Positions 46,244 to 55,409 of a DNA stretch of 64,000 bases are shown here, piece by piece. The stretch's first letter is position 1. Every line of letters begins with the position of its first letter. A model generated the notes under the pieces. That model was not told the origin of the DNA and did no database searches. It worked only from the letters and a program-made list of their open reading frames with translations. The stretch comes from a virus. Where the stretch lies: positions 1-64,000 of the IMG/VR virus record IMGVR_UViG_3300009509_000001. The stretch is one strand, 5' to 3'. The position numbers and the translations under genes were made by a program.

Positions 46244-47212
46244 CTACAGAAGGGCACCGGTCCGCCAGTTGTGTGCACTGCCGGTGAAGCGTGCCAGGCA
46301 CACTGCGGCAATGTTCGCGACGGTGGCACCCACACATTCGTAGGCGTAGAAGCTGAGCATGAAATCCTCGTGCTTGGTGGACATACAGATGTTGTCCAAC
46401 ACGAAGAAGTCGCCCAGATATTTCGGCGCTGCGAACATGTAAAGGTCGTTGTCGGCGACCAGGTCGTTCTTGATGGTGATGTTCCACTTCAGGCCCATGA
46501 TGGTCCGTTCGGTGAAACCGTTGGTGAAGAGATCTTCAGCCAAGTCACCCCCGATGGTATTCCGGTCGAACGCAACAATATCCCAGATGGTATAGTTGTT
46601 GATCAGACCAGCCACCGGGTTCAAACGACGGTTGGTTGCGGCCAAACCACGCATGGCGTTGGCCAGGGTGTCGCGGTCCATGCCACCAGCCTCGATCGTC
46701 TGACAAGCAGCGAGCGTGGGGTTCGGCACGTTCGGCGTACCGGGAACTACGATGGCATCGACGGTCGCCATGAACTTCCGGTCTTCTTCCGCAAGGATGT
46801 CCTTGAGGATGAAGTCGTTGAAGATCTGACGGATGTCCATGTCGTAGGTGAGCAGCTCGTTGACGTCGGCGACGTAACGACGGCTCATGATACGGTCGAA
46901 CATGACGCGGTAGCGCGGGGCGGTAAGGTTGCTGTCCATGGGGCTGGTGCCGAACGGGACGGTGTAAGCGCCCGCAGAGTTCGGTTCCATGTCCTTGACG
47001 ATGACGGGAAGCGGGGTGTCAACCTGCTTGTCGAGATCGCTGGGCATCACGTCCGCAACGTCGTAAAACTTGCGGGCGAAACCTTCTTCACGTTGACGCA
47101 GGCGAAGGTAGTTGTTAACCTTGTCCTCAGCCTGCTTGCGGATGCCGAAGTCCTGGGAGGTAAGACCCTGGACGACGGACTCGTTCATCATTTTGACTTC
47201 AGAGGTGTTCAT
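46244..47212 (-). CDS. Major capsid protein (HK97-fold presumed, 322 aa)
   Basis: Order protease-scaffold-small-decoration-this gene-terminator; VNELLTYDMDIRQIFNDFILKDILAEEDRKF spine-helix-like segment; SD GGAG. Confidence 0.75.
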   Translation of the reverse strand: MNTSEVKMMNESVVQGLTSQDFGIRKQAEDKVNNYLRLRQREEGFARKFYDVADVMPSDLDKQVDTPLPVIVKDMEPNSAGAYTVPFGTSPMDSNLTAPRYRVMFDRIMSRRYVADVNELLTYDMDIRQIFNDFILKDILAEEDRKFMATVDAIVVPGTPNVPNPTLAACQTIEAGGMDRDTLANAMRGLAATNRRLNPVAGLINNYTIWDIVAFDRNTIGGDLAEDLFTNGFTERTIMGLKWNITIKNDLVADNDLYMFAAPKYLGDFFVLDNICMSTKHEDFMLSFYAYECVGATVANIAAVCLARFTGSAHNWRTGALL

Positions 47213-47226
47213 CGTTTAGAGTCTCC

Positions 47227-47745
47227 TTAGACGTCGGCGCCGGCGGGAATGTACTCCGTCCAGAAGGACAGAACATTCTTGCCATCGCGGTTAACGCTTA
47301 CACCCTTGGACACGACACCAACAGCGGTGAGGTTTCCGTAGGGGAGCTGTCCGAGCAGGTCCACCAGACCGTCGGCCTTGCCTTGCAGCAGGTCGTTCGG
47401 TGCGTACGCGGACGTACCGGTGTACTCGGTGGTTTCAACTTCGAAGGCACCGGAGCCCACGAGGCCGGACATTACTCCACCGGAGATGTTGCCGACGTCG
47501 GAGTTGGTGTCGAAGTCGTCCTGCGAGTTGATCACGAAGATCGGCATCGGCTTGTTGCCGACTGCACCCACGGGACAGCCCTTCACGAGTTCGCCTTGTG
47601 CATCCAGAGAGCAGCACATGCCTTCCAGAATGTCTTCACCGGCCTTGGGGGGCGCAGCGAAGTCAAGGCGGCGAGTGGGGATAGCGCCCTTGACGCTAAC
47701 GAGGGTATGGTCAAACATTTGACCAGGAGTGAGAGTACCACCCAT
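47227..47745 (-). CDS. Capsid decoration/cement protein (172 aa)
   Basis: Beta-tulip-like EVETTEY...YAPNDLL...VGVVSKG; directly upstream of MCP; SD AGGAGG. Confidence 0.65.
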   Translation of the reverse strand: MGGTLTPGQMFDHTLVSVKGAIPTRRLDFAAPPKAGEDILEGMCCSLDAQGELVKGCPVGAVGNKPMPIFVINSQDDFDTNSDVGNISGGVMSGLVGSGAFEVETTEYTGTSAYAPNDLLQGKADGLVDLLGQLPYGNLTAVGVVSKGVSVNRDGKNVLSFWTEYIPAGADV

Positions 47746-47768
47746 TTTGTAGCCTCCTTTTCTTGGTT

Positions 47769-48167
47769 TTAGCTAAGAGTTGTATTCCAGCTTTGTTCCC
47801 ATGCTTCGTCCGAAGCTGCCTTATTCTGCCCACCGGCGGCATCAGCCGCCTGTTTGGCGAGCGGAGCGGGCGTGCCAAGCGGACGAGGTGCGGAGTCGCT
47901 TTCGCGCTTCCCAAACTCGTCTGCGAGACGCTGCAGACTCAGCAATGCTTGATCCGGATTTTCCGGATACGACTGCACCAGCGTTTCAGCGGCCTCCTTT
48001 GACAGGAGATTACGAGCAACCAGCTTTTTGGCCGTTTGCTTGAGGACATCCTCACTGAAAGCGGGCTTTGCACTGGCCACTGCGGCCTTCTTGCGAAGGT
48101 CTGCGATGACTTCCTGCGACACTTCAACGTAGTCCACTACGTTTTCGAGCAGTTCCCGCGTGTTCAT
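47769..48167 (-). CDS. Small helical head-assembly (scaffold-like) protein (132 aa)
   Basis: Between scaffold and decoration; three KxA motifs. Confidence 0.55.
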   Translation of the reverse strand: MNTRELLENVVDYVEVSQEVIADLRKKAAVASAKPAFSEDVLKQTAKKLVARNLLSKEAAETLVQSYPENPDQALLSLQRLADEFGKRESDSAPRPLGTPAPLAKQAADAAGGQNKAASDEAWEQSWNTTLS

Positions 48168-48179
48168 GATGATGTCTCC

Positions 48180-49226
48180 TTACTTCGCTTGGATTGACTT
48201 CAGGGCTTCCAGAAGGGCGCCCTTACGGTCGGATGCGGTTTTCTCCAGAGGCGGCTCCTCGACGGGAACTTCCTCTTCGGCCATGGGCTCTTCACCCATA
48301 GCGGCTTCTTCCTGAAGCATCGCTACGATCTCTTCATCAGAAGCACCGGTTTCTGCCTTGATTTCCTCAACGGCGGCTTGCGCCTCCATGAGTTCCTCAG
48401 GCGTCACACCGGCAGCATCCAGTTGTGCTGCCAAGTCATCCAGGGCAGCCGTATCGTCTGGAGACAACTCGGCTTCCGGTTGGGCCTCCTCAGGAAGGAC
48501 AGCCTCCGGACTCTGGACGGCGGCGGCGTCGAGCAATGCGGCGGCTTCTTCCTCGGAAGGAGCCATGCCTGCGTCGACGACCTCGTTTATGTCCTCAGCT
48601 TTCTTCTGCAGGCCCCGTTGGAAACCGGCGTTGAAAGCCAGAAAACTTTCGAGAACTTCGGGATCGATGTCCTCTTCGGCCAATTTGCTGATGCCGGCTG
48701 CGGGCGCCTGGGACGCCTGCTTCTGGATCGGCTCGACCTGTTCAAACTTGTTGGTGGCGATGACTTGCAGAATCGTCGAAGCCAGCCGTTCCGCACGCGC
48801 AACCTTCGCGATCTCACTGGGAGCCGCGTGGGCGGTGGTAACGTCGGTGACGTTCACGTTGTCGCCTTCCATCTTGACGGACTCGTCCGCGTTGAGCTCT
48901 TTCGGGCTCTGCGGGTTGTCCTGCGGATGAGTGACTTCGTCCTCTTCCTTGACCTGGGCGCCGTCGTCGGTGGCCAGCTGAGCGTCACCCTTGGTGGCTC
49001 CCATTTCGCTGTCCTTGAGATCGGCTTCCATTTCCGCACCACGATCCTTTTCGGCAGCCAGCGTGTTGTCGGCGCTGACCTCTTTGATCTCGGTGCCCGT
49101 CTTCTTTGCCTTCAGCTCTTCAGCACCTTCCCCCTGGGGGTTGGTCTGGTCGGCGGCGGTCTTCTGCAGGTTGGCCTGGTCGAAGAAGTCGTCGACGAGT
49201 GAAGTGACCAAATCTTGTTGATTCAT
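48180..49226 (-). CDS. Acidic scaffolding/core protein (348 aa; start moved to ATG 49226)
   Basis: Very acidic, helical or disordered, follows the protease; six KxA motifs. The track's N-terminal 19 codons overlap the protease gene end. Confidence 0.65.
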   Translation of the reverse strand: MNQQDLVTSLVDDFFDQANLQKTAADQTNPQGEGAEELKAKKTGTEIKEVSADNTLAAEKDRGAEMEADLKDSEMGATKGDAQLATDDGAQVKEEDEVTHPQDNPQSPKELNADESVKMEGDNVNVTDVTTAHAAPSEIAKVARAERLASTILQVIATNKFEQVEPIQKQASQAPAAGISKLAEEDIDPEVLESFLAFNAGFQRGLQKKAEDINEVVDAGMAPSEEEAAALLDAAAVQSPEAVLPEEAQPEAELSPDDTAALDDLAAQLDAAGVTPEELMEAQAAVEEIKAETGASDEEIVAMLQEEAAMGEEPMAEEEVPVEEPPLEKTASDRKGALLEALKSIQAK

Positions 49227-49267
49227 TGTCACGGGTCCTTTTTGGTTTCCGTTTGGATTGCACCTAC

Positions 49268-50710
49268 CTATACTGTAGCACAAAGTTGGACTACAGACAA
49301 ACGCTGCTCGGTGTCGGTGAGACCATCAGCGAAGCTAAGCACGTAATTGGCGTACTCGCGCGCCAGGAGAACGGACGAGTCCGATGCCTCCGACGCCTTC
49401 TTCTGTATGACGACCTTACCGCCCACAGGGGCTCCATTCAGAACGGCCCTGATGACCCGAACCCGTACAGGTTCTTGTTCAATCGAACACTCGGGCTGCA
49501 TGGCCTTCGCGTCCGCCATCAGTGACCCGTCACAGGAACCGGCGGGCTCGTAGCTGCCGTCGTTCAGAACGTCGGAGAGACTGTCGGACTCCAGCAGATT
49601 GCCCAGGATTCCCGGGACGGCCTGCTTTACGTCGGCCATTTCGCCTTCGACGTCGCCGAACTTGTCACCCATGACCAGCTTTAGGAAAAGCTCCACCGGC
49701 AGGATGACCTTGCAGCGTTTGAGCGCGCCCATTACGGCGTGCGGGTCTTCGGCCGACATGCGGCCGATTGCATTGTCGTCGACGCATCCGAAGCCGGATT
49801 CCGGGGCAAACGCCTCGGTACCCATATCCGGGTCGTTCGACAGCAAAACTTCTTTTTCGATCTTGGCCAGCTTCTGGAGCAGGTTGTACCTGCGAGCCAG
49901 GTTACTACCGGCCGGGAAAGCGTTTACGGGCGGAGCCATGCCGTACATTTCGGCCAGGTGGGCTCCGGTGAGAACTCCGGCGGCGGCGACTTTTCGCAGC
50001 CCGAAGCAGATCTTCTCGGCGGGGCGTTCGACGCCGCTGATGTCATGGAAGAACGGGCGCGGCGTAAGCGCGCACACCTGCGTTCCGTCGCTGGCCAGCT
50101 GCATCGCGTACTTGTTGAGGTGGTCGCAATAGTCTTCGATCTTGCGGGCCTCGTTATGGCAGTAGCTGCAGATGTCCTCAGGGCAGTCGCTGCCCATGCT
50201 GAAAAAGATGGCTTCGTCATTGGCGACCTTCTGGAGCTCTTTGCGCCATTGCCGTTCATCGACGCCGATGATGAGCTCACCGCGATCCATCGGCAGGTTG
50301 TACGCCGCTTTGACGATATAGCCGCTGGGTTTTCCGTCTTCATGCTTGTTGATGTGCTGCTTGTAGACGGCGCCGTTGGCCATGAAAGTCTTGTCGTGGT
50401 AGTCGACCAGGCCGCCCTTGAGATGGATGGTGCGGCGTTCCGGGTCCTTCGGGTCCGGGCACGTATGGCTCGCGCTCTTGCGGATGAAGGCGTCACCGTT
50501 GTTGTTCGGCCCGTAGCGATCCCATGCGCCGACACTGATAAGATGGATGTACTGGTGCCCCGGCCGGCGCTCGAATTCCATGTCCTTGTCGAACAGTGCG
50601 GCACGCTTGTGCAGCCAGCCGTTGTCGATCCCGCGGCTGTGCAGCGGTACCAGGCTTGCCGTCGGCATGCCGAAGTCGAACGAATCCGGGAATATCAGCT
50701 TCCTGATCAC
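49268..50710 (-). CDS. Prohead maturation serine protease with Cys/His zinc-binding segment (480 aa)
   Basis: GPNNNGDAF, YKQHIN, FSMG (catalytic Ser candidate) followed by CPEDICSYCHN...YCDH, then FHDISGVERPAEK. Confidence 0.75.
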   Translation of the reverse strand: MIRKLIFPDSFDFGMPTASLVPLHSRGIDNGWLHKRAALFDKDMEFERRPGHQYIHLISVGAWDRYGPNNNGDAFIRKSASHTCPDPKDPERRTIHLKGGLVDYHDKTFMANGAVYKQHINKHEDGKPSGYIVKAAYNLPMDRGELIIGVDERQWRKELQKVANDEAIFFSMGSDCPEDICSYCHNEARKIEDYCDHLNKYAMQLASDGTQVCALTPRPFFHDISGVERPAEKICFGLRKVAAAGVLTGAHLAEMYGMAPPVNAFPAGSNLARRYNLLQKLAKIEKEVLLSNDPDMGTEAFAPESGFGCVDDNAIGRMSAEDPHAVMGALKRCKVILPVELFLKLVMGDKFGDVEGEMADVKQAVPGILGNLLESDSLSDVLNDGSYEPAGSCDGSLMADAKAMQPECSIEQEPVRVRVIRAVLNGAPVGGKVVIQKKASEASDSSVLLAREYANYVLSFADGLTDTEQRLSVVQLCATV

Positions 50711-52386
50711 TTGGTGCCTCCGCTTACCATGTAATCGAGGAGATTCTTGTACTCCTCGTCGGTCATGTTTCCGCCTTCACGCAGCTTCTTGATGGCCGTG
50801 ATGGCCTTGCGGCCGACCTTCTTGGTTTTGCTGCGCGCGGCCTTGACGTCCTTCTCGGACTGGGTACGACGCTCGGCGCCCTTTTCCTTGAGATCCATTT
50901 CGCGTTCCTTGACGGAGAGTTCGCGCTCTTTGAGAGCGTCGGACTTGGCGTCGCGGCGCGGGGCCTTCTTTTCACCGCCGCCGGCTTTCGCCGGAGCGCC
51001 CTTAGCCCCTGCGGACCCGTCGAGAATGTCGCCGACGCGCCCGGCATCGAGACCGGCCTTGTACTTGGCGGCCCGGTCCTCAAGCTGCTTGGCAGCCAGA
51101 TCGACGTCGGTTATCCGCCCCTTGGCGATCTCCTTGCCGATGGCCTGGAGTTCCTTGATGGTGGCCGGATCGGAAACGTTGCCCTGGACGAGCTGCTGGC
51201 GTACCAGCGACTTCAGCCACGAGCTGTATTTCGGATCCAACAGGTCGGGCATTGCGCCGACGACGTTGTTGTATGCCTCCATCGTTTCGTCGATGGGATA
51301 ATCTTTGGTAAAATCGTCGGCCGCGACGTCCACGAACGCCTGCGTGGCCCGGATCTGGTTGAGGCGGTTGCGCAGAGTGGCGTCAAACGCCTCCTCTTCG
51401 CCGACCTTCTTTTCCTTGGTCAGCTGCTCGTACATCGGGGTCTTGGCGAAGTTGATGACCGGGTCGAGAAGACGCTGGGCGCTTCCCTTGACCGCCGCCC
51501 CGACTCCGCGTGCGGCACCGCCGACGTTGCCCAGGGACGTCATTCCCCGAACACCTTCGCCTGCCTCTTCCTGAAACTGCTCTGCTACGCCCAGCTCGGG
51601 AAGCGTCAGCGCCACTTTCTTGAGCAGACGGTTGAAATGGTTGTATGACCGGGCCTCGTCGATTGCGATGCTTACGCTGGTATAGGGTTCCTCCAGCGGG
51701 AAGATCGCGGCGGCCGCAGTCTTGTGGAGTTTGAATTCCGTGGACGTGTGCGCTCCGACCAGCTTCATCAGCCGGACGCCGTCGTCGCCGTAACGGTTGA
51801 CGGCTAAGCGTGCGACCTTCATCATCGGCTTGCTGGGCATGCGCCGGATGACGCTGCAGATACGATGGATGGCGTCCTCGCTTGCCTGCTTGTGCATCGA
51901 GATCTTTTCGCGGAATTTGTCGATGCTGCGGCTCAGGTTGTCGGTCGCGGTCATGATTTGTCGGTCCAGGCAACGGACGTCGACCGGCTTCGGCTCGGCA
52001 CCCAGATCGAAGGCGACCTTGCTCAGGCCGTGCACCCTCAACGTGTTCTCCTGGAGAGCCGGTATCGGCAGGTCGAGTGCGGCGGAAGCCGCCTTCTTGT
52101 GGTATCCGTAGATAATGTTGATGACGATGTTGGGATCGATGAGCGGAATGTCTTCGGCGCGGTCTTCACTCGCGCGCTTCTGGAGCGTATGAATGCTCTT
52201 CGACTTGTTGTAGGCTTCGCATGCGCGCCGGACGAGTTCCGGGGTCATGCCGTCGAACTGCGTGAAAGTTTCCGCTGCCACTTTGTTCAGGTCGGCGTCA
52301 GGCGTGAATCTCGTTTTGTCGATTATCTGCTCGATGGCCGACATGACCGACTGTTCAAGGGCTTTGTCAAGTTTCTTGAAACTCAT
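50707..52386 (-). CDS. Internal head protein candidate (559 aa, eight KxA motifs)
   Basis: ORF track; motif density; basic low-complexity C-terminus. Confidence 0.55.
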   Translation of the reverse strand: MSFKKLDKALEQSVMSAIEQIIDKTRFTPDADLNKVAAETFTQFDGMTPELVRRACEAYNKSKSIHTLQKRASEDRAEDIPLIDPNIVINIIYGYHKKAASAALDLPIPALQENTLRVHGLSKVAFDLGAEPKPVDVRCLDRQIMTATDNLSRSIDKFREKISMHKQASEDAIHRICSVIRRMPSKPMMKVARLAVNRYGDDGVRLMKLVGAHTSTEFKLHKTAAAAIFPLEEPYTSVSIAIDEARSYNHFNRLLKKVALTLPELGVAEQFQEEAGEGVRGMTSLGNVGGAARGVGAAVKGSAQRLLDPVINFAKTPMYEQLTKEKKVGEEEAFDATLRNRLNQIRATQAFVDVAADDFTKDYPIDETMEAYNNVVGAMPDLLDPKYSSWLKSLVRQQLVQGNVSDPATIKELQAIGKEIAKGRITDVDLAAKQLEDRAAKYKAGLDAGRVGDILDGSAGAKGAPAKAGGGEKKAPRRDAKSDALKERELSVKEREMDLKEKGAERRTQSEKDVKAARSKTKKVGRKAITAIKKLREGGNMTDEEYKNLLDYMVSGGTK

Positions 52387-52389
52387 GCC

Positions 52390-53220
52390 TTATACCTCAT
52401 CTTGAAATTTGTTAATAGCTATCATTTCATCTTCAAGCGTCATCGACTCGTCCGGACGTCGTATCGCGGACTCCAACGCGTCGAAAACTTCCGCCAGCAT
52501 GGCCCGATCATCATGAGTGTTGTCGTCATCGGGCCTTGTGGACTCCTTGTGCCACAGAGCCGTAAGGCTCGCTGCGGGAGTACCAGCACTATCTATTAAC
52601 TTAGCACCGGTATGGATAGATTTCAAAACTTCCTTGACGTGCGTGCTTATGCCGAGCCCCTGCATCCACTGGGCGAGCTCCGGCTCCAGGTGTTTTCCGT
52701 CTATCGCATACTTCGAAAATTTGTCTATTCCGCCGCCATAGGCGACGACCTTCCACATGTACGCCGTGTCGAACTTGTCCTTTCGAGTGATGCTCCTGTT
52801 CGGCACGAAAATGTTCTTGTGCACCCAGAACGGTTTGTCTCTGTCGGCCGCCACGTCGAAGAACAGGTGCTGGTACAGCTTTACCAGCCGAGGCGTAAGG
52901 AACCTGGACACGTACGCCTGGAAAAACTCGATGTCGGCGTCTTCGGCCAGCAGCCCGGCCTCCATGATGTCCCGGAACCCGCTGACGCTGTTGTCCCGGT
53001 AGATCTCCAGCGCGAGCACGAGCCCACGTATATGCCCGTTGTTGCGGAGCATGTCCTTATCCAGCGACTGGTTGTAGTACCGTACGATCAGCTCCTTCAA
53101 CCGCTTGACGCCGTCATCCGGGCACTGGCCGTAGACCGGGAGATTCGCTTTCTCCCGCTCCACTTCGCGCATGGCGATCTGAAACCGCCAGTCGGGTCTG
53201 TCTGTGAATGGACTATCCAA
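52390..53220 (-). CDS. Hypothetical helical protein (276 aa)
   Basis: Tiles with neighbours; no recognised motif. Confidence 0.6.
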   Translation of the reverse strand: MDSPFTDRPDWRFQIAMREVEREKANLPVYGQCPDDGVKRLKELIVRYYNQSLDKDMLRNNGHIRGLVLALEIYRDNSVSGFRDIMEAGLLAEDADIEFFQAYVSRFLTPRLVKLYQHLFFDVAADRDKPFWVHKNIFVPNRSITRKDKFDTAYMWKVVAYGGGIDKFSKYAIDGKHLEPELAQWMQGLGISTHVKEVLKSIHTGAKLIDSAGTPAASLTALWHKESTRPDDDNTHDDRAMLAEVFDALESAIRRPDESMTLEDEMIAINKFQDEV

Positions 53221-55408
53221 AGTTTTCCGTCAGCTCGTCTGCGAATAGGTTGGCGTCGCTTCCACTGGTCGACTTGTGCAGGAACAGCGTCAGGTCGCTG
53301 AGATTCTGGAAGTTGTCGCGGAGACTGTCTTCCAGCTCGCTCATCTTTTCCTGACCGTACTGATCCTTGAACTGGTTGTAGTGCCAGTAGAACATGAAGA
53401 GGATGCGGCCGATGCGGTCAAGCGCCAGCAGCAGATCCTGCATATAGTCCTCGACCATCCGGCTTGGGCTGCCGTTGGCGGCCAGCGCCTTCAGGACGCT
53501 GACGTCCATGACGTCCTTGACGCCTTTCTCACTGGCCTTGACGACCTTGTCGACATCGCCCTCGGCCATGGCCGGGTCGAGCGTCTCATTCTCTTCGAAC
53601 GGGGTCACGTCTTCATAGTAGACGCTCTTGACCTTTTCGTCGTCTTCACCGATCTGCGGAGCAGCGTACTTGACCAGGTAGTCGGTGCGGTCGGGCCGTC
53701 CGACGCTGGCCTGTTTGCTCAGCATCTGGCGGGCATCCGGGGCACTGATCTTGTGCTGTTTGATCAGCTTGAGCAGCGCCGCGTTCTTGGTGAGCATGCG
53801 CTCCTTGCCGAACTTGCTGTCCAGCGAGAAGCTCAGCCCATCGGTCTGAATGGTAAGGCCACGCCATCCGGCGGTCTTTATGATCTTGTGCTTGATGGTC
53901 TCGATGTCGCCGAACGCCATATCCATGTCGCAACATCCGCGCAGCGCCACGATCCGTGCGCCTTCGGGGATGTACAGGTGCGTTCCCTTGCGGCATACTT
54001 CACCAGGCTTACCGGTCAACTCGATGATGCCCTTCGTGTCCACCCAGTCATGGGTGTCGGTGTCGCATGGAAGCTTCACCTGGGCGATCTTGTTGCCGAT
54101 GATGGAGGAATCGTTGCCCGTGCGGAATTCCTGGTAATTGCCCTTGCTGTCGATGGCGATGCAGTTCTGCCATTCCCATCTCTTCAGCGTGTCGTCGCTT
54201 TCCGGCGATTCTTCCGCCGGGCCGTCGCTCTCGGCGTCGTCGAACTTGCGGAGCAGGTTCGTCGGCTTGATGCCGATGCCCATAAGGTCGGTCGCTTCCC
54301 GGGCCTCGAGTGTGCGGGCCAGCAAAGGCTGCTCGCACTTGACGGCCACGGAGGGCCGGTCGAGATCGATGACGACGCAGGTGAAAGCCTTGATGTCGAC
54401 GGTGTTGCCGCCGTCCGGGTGCTTCCAGCTACCCTTCTTCTGCGGCTGCACGATGACGTAGCATTTGCGGAAGCTGCCGTCGGCCAACAGGATCTCGTAG
54501 TACCCGTTCTTGACCGGCGTGCTGAGACTGCCGCTGTCCTGCTTGTCGGTGAACACCGTGGACGTGTACTCGCGGTTGTCGACCACGTACAGGCCGTCGC
54601 GAAGCACCACTTCCTTAGCCTTGTCGTCCAGCTTCTGGACGGCTTCGGCGTCATCGATGCTGACGACCTGGAGATCGCTCTGATCGACCGTGTCCTCGAC
54701 CTTCAGCGAGTAACTGCCGTCCTGCACTTCGGTACCGTCGGCGGCAGGGGTCTGATCCTGCACGGCGGCCGCGATCTTGCGAATCGACTCGGGCTCGTAG
54801 TGGGCCAGCACGGCATTCGCGAAATCCGGATTGCCGTTCATGGTGCGCATGAAACTGACGAACGCGTGCTTCCCGAGGCGTGGAATCCACGTGCGCAAGT
54901 CGAATGCATTGTAATCGTAACGATCGTAAACGGTGAGCATGTCTTCGACGTCCACGTCGCGCAGCAGCGAATTGTCACTGGCGCCCTTGAACATGATGCT
55001 GTTGCTCTTGCCGTCGCGGCGGAGGCTGACGCCGTCGGCACGTTTCGGGTTGCTCTTCGGCATGTCGCCGGCGGGTTCGCCGAGCACGGTGGCCCGGTTC
55101 GACTTGATGTAGCTTACCCAGCTGTCCTTGGCCGGTACGAACTGGCTCTTCTCCGGCAGATACATCATATCGTATCCACGGATGCGTCCGTTCAGGAGGA
55201 AGCACGGCACATAGATCCACTGGTCGCCGATCTTGTAGACCATGACGCCCATTCCGCGGGTGCCTTCGTCATCGCGTTCGATCAGCTGGAAACCGACCTT
55301 GTATTCACTGAGAGACGGGAGCCGCTGTGTGATCTCCGCCTCGGCTACGTTCGACAACTTGATTTCGAAGTCATCTGCCGATGCATTCTTTCTGAGTACG
55401 TTTATCAT
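53213..55408 (-). CDS. Large internal head protein candidate (731 aa, five KxA motifs)
   Basis: ORF track; motif occurrences LRKNAS, IRKIAA, IIKTAG, LSKQAS, LVKYAA. Confidence 0.55.
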   Translation of the reverse strand: MINVLRKNASADDFEIKLSNVAEAEITQRLPSLSEYKVGFQLIERDDEGTRGMGVMVYKIGDQWIYVPCFLLNGRIRGYDMMYLPEKSQFVPAKDSWVSYIKSNRATVLGEPAGDMPKSNPKRADGVSLRRDGKSNSIMFKGASDNSLLRDVDVEDMLTVYDRYDYNAFDLRTWIPRLGKHAFVSFMRTMNGNPDFANAVLAHYEPESIRKIAAAVQDQTPAADGTEVQDGSYSLKVEDTVDQSDLQVVSIDDAEAVQKLDDKAKEVVLRDGLYVVDNREYTSTVFTDKQDSGSLSTPVKNGYYEILLADGSFRKCYVIVQPQKKGSWKHPDGGNTVDIKAFTCVVIDLDRPSVAVKCEQPLLARTLEAREATDLMGIGIKPTNLLRKFDDAESDGPAEESPESDDTLKRWEWQNCIAIDSKGNYQEFRTGNDSSIIGNKIAQVKLPCDTDTHDWVDTKGIIELTGKPGEVCRKGTHLYIPEGARIVALRGCCDMDMAFGDIETIKHKIIKTAGWRGLTIQTDGLSFSLDSKFGKERMLTKNAALLKLIKQHKISAPDARQMLSKQASVGRPDRTDYLVKYAAPQIGEDDEKVKSVYYEDVTPFEENETLDPAMAEGDVDKVVKASEKGVKDVMDVSVLKALAANGSPSRMVEDYMQDLLLALDRIGRILFMFYWHYNQFKDQYGQEKMSELEDSLRDNFQNLSDLTLFLHKSTSGSDANLFADELTENFG

Positions 55409-55409
55409 G

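Noticed and set aside
50707-55408. Portal or terminase assignment for the 559-, 276- or 731-aa ORFs
   Set aside because: No Walker A/B, nuclease or portal-like features recognised; these genes probably lie outside the window. Profile searches would be needed to exclude a divergent portal.
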